Below, piece after piece: positions 1 through 10,000 of a stretch of 64,000 nt of DNA. Numbering within the stretch: position 1 is the stretch's first letter; each line of letters opens with the position of its first letter. This DNA comes from Candidatus Omnitrophota bacterium (GTDB lineage Bacteria; Omnitrophota; Gorgyraeia; Tantalellales; Tantalellaceae). The stretch lies in the NCBI GenBank assembly GCA_015231405.1, contig JADGBR010000004.1:189-64188 (forward strand). Direction: 5' to 3'. The notes under the pieces were generated by a model. It saw only the letters and a list, made by a program, of their open reading frames with translations. It had not been told where the DNA came from and ran no database searches. The translations under genes were made by a program, and so were the position numbers.

Positions 1-76
1 TTTTTTTTGGGGAAGGGGCAGTGAGTTATGAAGCTGCTTTATTCTACCCAGATTTGTTCTGGAAGTATTTGTTTTT

Positions 77-310
77 TTAGATGGTTATGGACAGCGTCTT
101 CAGGTCCTGCGGCACGGGCTGGCTACCATGCGTGATACCCGGATTTGTTGCATATCTTATTTCTTCGTATGTAGTTCGATATCGTGTCTGCTTTTTGCTC
201 TCAAGCTTCCTGGCTACTCCCGCTTCGCCGGATAACCAACCGGAAAAATAAATCCTCGATAGGATAAGAATGCAGATAAAAACTAGTACTATCGTTAAAG
301 GGCCAAGCAT
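77..310 (-). CDS. hypothetical small protein with N-terminal TM helix
   Basis: 77-aa ORF. The N-terminal hydrophobic stretch LGPLTIVLVFICILILSRIYF is followed by a charged tail. It is the last minus-strand ORF downstream of the giant gene. No recognisable family. Confidence 0.3.
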   Translation of the reverse strand: MLGPLTIVLVFICILILSRIYFSGWLSGEAGVARKLESKKQTRYRTTYEEIRYATNPGITHGSQPVPQDLKTLSITI

Positions 311-357
311 TGCGATATTGATATTTAATATCCCTACTCCCGGATTTGTTCCTTGTT

Positions 358-747
358 TTACCTCTTTTGCTCCGTTTTATCCGTAAACATAACTTTTGTC
401 TGGTTTCTGGCCAGATAGAAAATAATAAACGCTGATACAGCCAGTCTGAATATGGCTCCTGATAATTCTATCGAATTGAATTGGCCTCTTGCGACAAAGA
501 TCTGGGAAAAGAGGTTTTCAGCGATCGCCAGAGAAAAGATTATGACCGACAGGATCCGCGCCCAGTTCTTGAGCTTAAAAAGGCCTGTGCCTATAACCAG
601 ATATAGCATACCTGCTGCCGTAAAAACAAAAACGAATATTGGATGGACTGACTTGGACATTGAGTAAGTGAAGCCGGCTAAAAGAGCGAAGAGACCTATT
701 AAATAGTGCAGGGCTGCAATTGCAATAAGCATTTTAGATTTCTTCAT
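358..747 (-). CDS. hypothetical polytopic membrane protein (about 4 TM helices)
   Basis: 129-aa ORF with four hydrophobic segments, beginning LIAIAALHYLIGLFALLAGF. It sits 16 nt downstream of the 86-aa ORF on the same strand. Confidence 0.45.
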   Translation of the reverse strand: MKKSKMLIAIAALHYLIGLFALLAGFTYSMSKSVHPIFVFVFTAAGMLYLVIGTGLFKLKNWARILSVIIFSLAIAENLFSQIFVARGQFNSIELSGAIFRLAVSAFIIFYLARNQTKVMFTDKTEQKR

Positions 748-763
748 AAAACACCATTTGAAA

Positions 764-1024
764 TTATTTTTCCCGCAGCCATTTCTTCACCTGTTCACAA
801 TTATCTATAAATGGGCCTCCCCAGGCCGCTGAGGCTTCATTCAACATGGATATAACCCGTTTTTCTCCACCCGGCTCATTAATTGTTTCGACAATGGACT
901 TCCCTTTTAATGCCGGTATTTTTCTACTTACCCGATCTTCATAATAAGCATTGTCTTTACCCGGATATAATTGTTTGAAATGTTCCCTGATACTCGCTGG
1001 AAGATCTTCAAAGTGTTCTATCAT
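764..1024 (-). CDS. hypothetical 86-aa soluble protein; candidate immunity protein for the C-terminal domain of the giant protein
   Basis: Its start overlaps the giant-gene stop by 4 nt (ATGA), implying translational coupling. It is small, acidic and soluble, and lies immediately 3' of a PT-TG-like/C-terminal domain, which is the usual toxin-immunity gene order. It has no recognisable motif, so the call rests on context only. Confidence 0.35.
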   Translation of the reverse strand: MIEHFEDLPASIREHFKQLYPGKDNAYYEDRVSRKIPALKGKSIVETINEPGGEKRVISMLNEASAAWGGPFIDNCEQVKKWLREK

Positions 1025-4000
1025 GTTATTTCCTCCGCGCCTTTTTCAAATAAGTGTATAACCAGCCCCGGGATGTCATCAACACCCTCAAACCGTGCTG
1101 ATGGAGCAATAATGCCATTATAACCCCCGTAATAGGCAAAGTCACCTATTAACCGAGTTATGGTTGTATTTTCCTGTATTAAATCACTATTTTTTATCCC
1201 CAGTTTCGTAAGTATCATCGGATCTGTTAAATCAAGCATATTATTTACCATGACATTTTTCACACCAAAGGCAGTTTCCATAAAATCCCTATCTAAATGC
1301 GCTAGTTCACGCAAAGTTGTTGTTGAATTAGCCCCTGCGGATATAGTACCAATCCCAAATGGAGCATATCGATTTACACCTGAAAATTTATCGTATGTGG
1401 TCACCCGCCATATGTCATTCTTATATTGCTTTGGAACACCTCGAACAATCCTCCCGTCATAAACTACCCCTCCTGGTAAGTCATTTGCAATACCCAGCTG
1501 ATCTAATTTCCAGGCAACTGTACTCGCATCTGATAATTCATCCGAATGAACAAGCGCTTTTTCTGCATAATTAACAACCTTCGTTTCATGGACACCTTTC
1601 ATGAAATCTAAAATGTCATCAGATTTAGTTAATAATGATTTCCCACCATGCCTAACAAGTGCAGACCCCACACATGGCATCATTAGACATGTGCCGGAAA
1701 CAGCTCTTTCAAGCGGGGTAAGAGTTTCTCCGGTAATTATATCTTTACCGAACATCACCTGTATGCCATCGTGGAGCTCACCAACTACCGGCATGAACCC
1801 GGCCGCGATACTTGCGCCTATTTTCCATAACGGTATTCCCTGCACAGCGGGATCTGTTTTGTCGATCATACCGTCAATATCTTTCCCGGACAGGACAACC
1901 CGGATTTTTCCCGACGCGCATGACCCTTCCGCGCCGGCTTGTACATCGATGTAGGAACTCGTCAAGTTTGAACTTTCTCCGTCCGCGAATGCGAGAAGAC
2001 CGTCGTCGTCTTCATCGATAACTGAACCCATCGACATCCTATAACTGTAATTCCCATCGGGTCCGATGGCTGTGTATGTATTTCCGTTCAGGACATCATC
2101 TATCTCCGCGTCGAGATAATTTCTATACGAATCATAGTATAAAGAGCCTCCTTCTTCATTGGGTCTGACCCAGCATAGCGTTTCGCCTGTTATGGTGTCT
2201 ATAATTCTCGCTCCGGACTGTACTCCTCCGTTTATATCAAGCGTTATTCCTAGTCCCGGGATATAGCTACCATCAAGATATCCGTTCAAAAGAGCCATCT
2301 TGCCGTTACCGTCCACACCGATCTCGCCGAAAAGAAGAGTTTCTCCCTCTTTAAGTCCGATTATGTTGCCTTCCGAGTCGAAGAGCAGGATGCTATCGGT
2401 ATTTTCTGCCCTGATTCCATCGACAGTTGTGTCATCTTTGAGTGTGACCTGTTCTTTCTGGCCGGCTTGCCATTTATCGTAGAAATACCGGCCTATGGTC
2501 TTTCCGGAACTCGCTATGGCGTTTACGGCGGTCGTATTGAAGAAGCCGGTGGCATAGGCATTGAGGGCTTCGACTATACCCCTTTCTTTCACGACATCGG
2601 AGAATGTCATGACCGAATCCATGTACGCTATCCTGCCGATAGTGTAGGCAGGTTCGTCAGAGCTTATATTTCCTCCGAAAAAGGCGATGGCATTCGATCT
2701 ATAGCTTTCATACATGAATTTGAATATATCAAAATCTTCATCCCCGCTGAACATTCCACGTAATGTTCCATTGATCGCCGTAGATATCGCTGAGAAGCCG
2801 ATATTGGCAAGCATCGGGTTAATATCAAGCTGGTCGATCGCGTAATCTATCCCGATCTTTGCCACACCCTGCACCAAGCCATCCTGCACCGCCTGCCACA
2901 TATTCTCAGGGTCCTGGCCGTCTGAAAAGCCCACGTTCAGCATATCCCTTACTGCTATCCCTGCAAGATTCGATAGTTCCGCAGGTAGTCCTATAGTTTC
3001 TCCCATCCTGAGTATCCCGTAGTAGCTGATCTCTTCTGCCGCGTATGGGACTATCGTTGAGCCTATTTCTTGTGAAAGAAGATCGTATGCTTTTGACAGA
3101 CTTCCGTCCGGGCCTGACATGCCCGTCAGGAACGCCCCGCCCATGCAGGCCGCACCCGTAGACATCATGTCGGAGAGAAACGGGTCTAGTCCGGTTTCTC
3201 TTCCTACCAGGCTCACGCCGGTTTTTATCGTGCTGGTCAATGCGCCGGTTAGGAAGTCGCTTCCGCCCGAGTAGCCGCCGGTCATGAAGGAGGCGGTAAT
3301 CCTTGAGATGTCATTGTTTACGCCGAGTGTGTCCATAGCATTCGTGATGGCGTAGTTGTAGGTGAACATTTTTATGCCGTCGAGGAGGGTTTTGCCAAAA
3401 TCGCCGAAGAAGGTCATTATGGCGTGAGTGCCGCCCTCGACTAGTTTGCCTAATGCGGTAAATACGCCCCCTACTCCCTGTGTAACGGTCTGTAATCCGC
3501 TGAAAAACCCTCCTATTATATTCGGGAGGTTCGCTATGATACTCGCGGCGCTGAAGACCAGAGTTACTATTCCAAGGATCTTACTTACCAGCTGGCAGAT
3601 GCTGTTGTCTATGAAACTCAAAGCTACCGATATGGCGCTTAGCCAGTAGAATATGGCGGGGAGGGCGAAGAGGAAATTGCCTTTTACAAGAAGTGATTCG
3701 TTAGTGGTGAGTTCGCGGAACGAGTTCGGGGCTTGGTTTGGGTTCGCGGGCGGGGCTCTGTCAGCTAACACATAACCGGTCCAGTTCATGAGGAAGGTTT
3801 TCTCGTCGAGTGTTATGCTTTCGCCGGCTGTGTTTTTGTTCGGTTCATAATAGGTGACGTCCCCATTTTCGGCGATGTCGGTGACAATGACGTAGTGGTT
3901 GCTCGAGAGGTGGACTATAATGTCTCTACCCTCATCTTTGACCAGCCATTTAAGCCCGGCGATATCCGTCTTCGCCGCCTTAAATTCGGCACTCTGTCCC

Positions 4001-7000
4001 CTGTCCTCTCGCCTCTCGCCTCTTAACCAGTTATCCAAATATCTATCCATCGCGAACAATGAAATACTGAGCGTACCTTCGGTAAAAGTATCGATCGACC
4101 CCATGAATACCTCTATAAGGAGAATATCCCGGGCTATATTTTTCATGGCCTGGGTTCTTTCCGCCGGGGTTGCGAATACGGCTCCGTTATTTTCCATAAG
4201 TTTAAGCACCGTCTCGAACGCGCATCGGCCAAGGTTTATCTGGTTAGTCTTCAGCCAGTCGATGATCATGGCGGCGTCCTTACTGCCCCAGCCGGTATTG
4301 TTATGCGCGGTTACCTCCGTTTCCGTGAGGCCCAGGGCCGTAAGAATAGCGGCTCGGCCGGCCTGTGCCGCATCCGGGTCAGTATAACTATTCAAAACGG
4401 TCTCGACATCGGTTATGACCGAGTTATTAAAAGCGACTTTGTCCGTATATTCAGGAAGGCTTTTTAGTTCGCTTTCTAGATCGATCACGTCGAGGAAAGC
4501 TACCCTAAGCACCGGGTTAGCGCATCCGGCGCTCTTTGCCATCGTTATCCAATACGACATCTCATCCGTCCCCCCGTTCGCCGACGTCTCGCCGGGGTTA
4601 CGGCCGAGGATCTTCAAGTAATAAATATTAATTATCTGCCTCACTTCCTGTTCCAGTATATTCCTCTCGGCTGTTTCCTCCTGGGCCCGGACGGCGGCGA
4701 TAGTGGTCGAGTATTCGCTCATTATCATCCCATGGGCATTCGATATGTCGCCGGGGACTTTCATGTACTCGTCGTTTATGTACCGGACAGCCTCGTTCTT
4801 GCTGTCTTTAACATTCTGTATCTGGACCTCGATCTCGTTCCTCATGCTGTTCTTCTTTTTCTTATCGGACGGCCAGAATGGGTTCCAGCTGTTTATTGCC
4901 TGGAGCTGGGCGTATAACTGGTTAAGAGCGTTATCGCATTCGTTTATTATCTGAACTTTCTGATCGTTCAGATAATAGATCGCCGAATCTTTGGCTTTAG
5001 CAAGATCCAGGAGAGCCTGGTCTTTCCTCGACTCGATATCGAGCTTCGTCTTTTCCAGCTCGAAACGGGTGCTTCTACGCATCCCGTCATAATCTATATC
5101 GACGATGTTCTGGTCTTCGTCGTAGCTGTACCTGACGACCGGGTTCCAGTCGGTATCGGTCACTTCTACAAGCAGCCCTCTCGCGTCGTAATGCTCGACG
5201 CGGTTATCTCCTTTATACACGTATTCCAGCCGGCCGAACTTGTCATAGACGCTTTTCATGACCCAGCTCGTATCCTTGAAATAGTTTGGTAGATGTTCTT
5301 TCGCGAGCGTGACCTCGGAGGCAAGGGCCTCTTCAAAACCGAGGTTATAGTTATTCCTCTTCGCGTAATCGGCAAGTGTGCTCATATCCACAAGGCGTTT
5401 AGCGGGTTTCGAGTTAAATACGTTCGGGTTTGTCTCGTTCCGGAAATATATCTTATCCTTGAACGATATGCCCGAATCCGCTCCGCATGAGAATTTGAGG
5501 CCTATATTGACTATCCTTGTCGGGTCGAAACCTTCCGACGTAACGCCCCCCGGTATTTCGCCATAACCCGGTTTCAATGTGACCTCGAACCATTCACCTT
5601 CTCTTGTAATATTTACATAATTCCCGTATTCGTAATTATAGTTCTCGTCTTTCACGAATACCTGCGCCCAGCTTGAATGGATTCCGTCGCCTATAAAACC
5701 GGCCGGGGCTTTAACCCTGAATTTTAGTTCTTTATCAAGCAGGTCCAGCGGCCCTTCGTAAACATATCCGCTGCCGGCAAGGTCGTAACGCAGGTCTATA
5801 TATACTTCGCCGTCATTGTTCGTCTCGCTGCCGGCCGCCATATCGGCGTTGAGCGCCCAGGCGTCGAGAGTGTTATCCAGCGTAACGGCTTTTATCCCCT
5901 GTGAATATTCGATATTCTGGGCGCGCCACGAGCCGTCCTCAAGCACCAGCGGTTTATTCACTACCTCACCCGGTTCCTGCCGGGCCGGGACATTATCCCA
6001 CATCCTGAAATTCGGGTTACCCACCGAAGAGCCATCCCATATTATCCCCACATAAGGTTTAACGGAGTCTTCCGGGACGAGGAAAGGAGCGCTCACATAA
6101 CTACCCCCGGGACATGTACCGTAGTTAGCGTCGACTATGGATATACCCCCGTTATAGTTGAAAGTGCGGTCATAGTCGTCGCGAAGGCGTACGCCTATAA
6201 GCCTCACTTGTTTCGGATCGAAATTAGCGCTTTTTATCCCGAATAATGGTTTATCGTCCGATACGACAAGCTCGACCTTGTACCACCCGTTGTCGTTCGT
6301 GATCGTCACTTCGGTACCGTATAAGTCCCCCCAAACACCGCTGTCCTCGGATTTGGCGAAGATCTGCGCGGTGACGCTTTTACCCGGGGGAAGGGTCCCT
6401 TCGTCGAGTTTTATATAGAAACTGGCCTTCTTGCCGCTAAGGTCGCGGGTGCCCTGGTCGAACGAGTTCGGCTCCGGGTACCGGAGATCGACATAAGCTT
6501 CACGCCAGTCCCTGGACAAAAGATCCGCGTTTATATGCATTGTTTCGGCTGAGCCCCGATAATTATCGCCGGAACCCGGATCCGGATCCCGCCATTGGTT
6601 GCCGCCTCCGGTCAGCCTTTCACCTATCTTTTCCTGTTCGCCTGTTCTGTAAAGGTCGTCTTCACCGGGGATAGCGATATCCATGAATTTAACGAGCTTA
6701 TAGTTCGCGTATATACCGGCAAGGCTGCCGCTTTTGTAGAATAGCCGCGTGCCGTCGTTCGCGGTGACGTTTACCCAATCCCCGTCGATGACTGAGGCTC
6801 TTTGTGCACCGTCAGCCATAACTACCGTGAACTTTTTCAGTCTCGGTAGGCCGTTATTGTCCTCTATCATGCCTATATCCTCGAGGACAACGCCGTTAGG
6901 GCATGTTACATAGTCGACGGCACCTTCCTTATAGTAGACCACGCGCCCGTCATCGTGATGTTCTTCCGCGAGTTCCGCTATCATGCTGCCGTCCGCGTTG

Positions 7001-10000
7001 TATAGGTAGCGGTATGCCCGGCCTTTACCGTCATAAAAGTGAGTGAGCTTGTTATTTGTGTCGAATTCCCTGACCGTGCCGGTATTGTCCGCTAGTGTGA
7101 TCTTCGCGCCGTACGTGTAAGTGAATACGTTCATTCCCTTATCGCCGCGTTTCTGGGTTATCACGCTGATCTTTTGTTCGCCGCCGATCGTTGTGTACTC
7201 GTAATCTGTCTCGAGACCGAGCTCATTCACCTGATAGATAATATTATCATCGCGGTAATGCCTTTCAATTTTGGCGATGGTATCCGTTACGACGACCGTT
7301 TCCGTCCCGTTTGCGTCTTTAACATATTTATAGGTATAGAGCCGCCCGTCGGGGTACCTGGCGCTAATGATCTTATTATCGTCGTCGAGCACATACGCGA
7401 CACCTTCCCCGTCCCTTATCTCGGATAATTTCGTGCCGCTATAGATGTACTCGACGTCTTTCGGATCCTTTATGCTGGTTATATCCCCGGAAGTGCCAAA
7501 ATTGACGACGGTATCATCGGAAGTGATAAGTTTTATTAGAGCCCCGTTTTCGTTATAGATACGGGCTATATCGTCGCGATCGATCTCGAATTTGGCGCGC
7601 GACTCTTGATCCGACGGGTCCAGCGTAATGATCGCCGACAGGGTATTGCTGTCAGTAACGGTTATATTCCCTTCTGAGATATTGATGGTCTCCCCGGCGC
7701 TATTGGTCACCACCGTTATTTCCCCGCCCGGGCCGTAAATAACGCTAACTGGAACCGCGTCGTCGGTTGTTACTCCCGTTAGCGTCGACCTGTTACCCGC
7801 CGGATCGTACGCGTACCTATATTCAACGCCGTTACGGTTCACCCTCAAAATATGCCCGTTCTCGAATTCCGTGTATTCCCCGTTCGGACCGGAGAAAGAA
7901 ACGGGGATACCCGAAGCGTCATAGATACTCGTCCATTCTTCGCCCGTTATCCGCGTTCGTTTTAGCTCTCCCCGGGCGTCCCTGTACAAACTGTACAGAT
8001 TTAAACCAGTCCGGGGTGAATATTCAGCGGAGATGTCGTTACCCCTCGATATCTTTATCGTCCCGTCTCGGGCTATAAGCTCCATAAGTTCCCCGTTGTA
8101 TACGACTCCTATGCCGCCGTCAGGATAACTCACAAGAGCTCTATCGAGTTTGCCCTCCCCGGAAAGGACTATACCGCTTAACCGCGATCCGTTTTCCTTG
8201 AGTATCACCGAATCGAGATCCCCGTTTTTATAACGGATAATATCACCGTTATCGTTCGTTATCGACACAAGACCCTCGCTAACCGGAGGCACGATACCGT
8301 CAACTGCAGGATCCCATACATATATGCTTTTCCCTGACGGGTCGAATACCTCGATATGCCCGTCTTTACATAGATCGCGGTAAGAGATAAGCGCGCCGTT
8401 CGGATCCCTCGAATATTCACGGTAATTGCCGGACGCGTCCAGGCTCCTCGTTAGAGTGCCTGTCACAGAGTCATATTCGTTAAAACCTGAAATTTCTCCG
8501 GTTTTATAGTTTTTCTCAGCCCTCGTTATAATAACATCACCCGATCCGTTCTCCCCGTAACCTAACTCGAATGTCGTGCTTTTATCGCTTATCTTCCCCG
8601 TATCCTCCCACGACGCGCCGATGACCGTGCCGTTAATGCCGTTCACCCGGTCTATAATGCCGGTACCGGTGCCTTCGTCCATGTCCCATGCGGATACGAG
8701 GGACGCTGACGCGCCGGCCCCGCTCGACAATTTTACGTTCTTTATCGCGCCCGCGAGGCTCGCTGTGCCAACCTGGCGGTAGCCGAAGAACATGTCACCG
8801 TCGAAATCCAGGCCTTTACATGCTCCGGCGGGATAGGTCTTACTTATGACTTCACTGCCGTCGACATACACTGTGACTGTTGCGCCATCATACCTCATTT
8901 CGAGGCTATACCATTTGTCGAGCTGGTCGAGGCTTCCGACGCTCCCGGAAACGTCGTCCCCAAACTCGCCGCCGGGCATGCTTATATACACCCGTCCTGC
9001 CCCGCTCTTCCATATCTCGAGCCTGTCGGAATTACTGAGCCGTTTAGTGAATACCGGCACCCAGTTACCCTGGGAGCCGGATGAGAATTTAACGTCCATT
9101 GATATCGTAAAAGCGCCGAGGCTGTGGAGGGCCGAAGACTGTACGGTCACGCCGTCGCCGGTGCCGTCCAGTGCGAGGACGCTTTCACGTTTTATCTCGT
9201 CTACCTTGACAACTCTTCCAGGTCCGTTCCCGGCAGTGTTATCATCATAATGGAATATTATTGTATTACCTATATTAGGCTCGCCTGCGAGATCCTCCGC
9301 TTGGGCGGTTATTCCATCAGGGATATTCTTACTGAATTCTTTTCGCGAGAGGTTACCGCTATCCTCATAATATGTTTCTTTGTATACCAAATCCCCAGCG
9401 GGATGATCTTTCTTTGTCTTCGAAAATAGTTTTGACGCGCCCTCAGCCGTCTCGCCGTAATACTCGAATTCGTATGTTACGCTTTTTTCCGTTATATCGT
9501 CCGTGTTTTCCCATACGGGGCCGATCACCGAGCCGTTATTGGTCCCGACCCTGTCGGTAACACTCCAGCCGCTACCTTCGTTCATGTCCCACGCGGATAC
9601 CAGCCCGGCCGTTATATCCACGCCGGAATTAATGGCCATGACCTCGCCCGTCGTTATCATCCTGTCAAAGAGCCTTACATCCCTAATACTCCCGGGGAGC
9701 GACGAGTTATCAAATTTACGGTAGCCGAGGAACATCTCAGCGCTAAAATCCATGCCTAGGGAGTCCCAGCTCTGGGTTATGACCTCTATCCCGTCCACGT
9801 AAACTTTTATGGTATTCCCGTCATACCCCAGGGCTATGTTGTACCACCTGTTAACTCCCGCCAGGCTGTACCCGATCTCCTTTTTGTCCAGGCCGCCGTT
9901 ACTACCGGGGAAACTTATATAGACCTGTCCTACCCCGTTCTTCCATATCTCGAACCTCTCGTCGACGCTTGTACCCCGTTTCGTGAGTATCGGTACCCAC

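Noticed and set aside
1-76. Possible feature at the window start (T-run plus GGGGAAGGGG)
   Set aside because: Too short and truncated by the window edge to interpret. No hairpin plus U-tract structure is evident.
764-1024. Double-glycine motifs (EPGGEK, AAWGGPF) in the 86-aa ORF as a possible bacteriocin precursor for the C39-like domain
   Set aside because: Leader consensus positions (-4 hydrophobic, -7 Leu, -12 Leu) are not matched. The leaders would be 50-70 aa long. The immunity-protein interpretation fits the gene order better. Kept only as a remote possibility.
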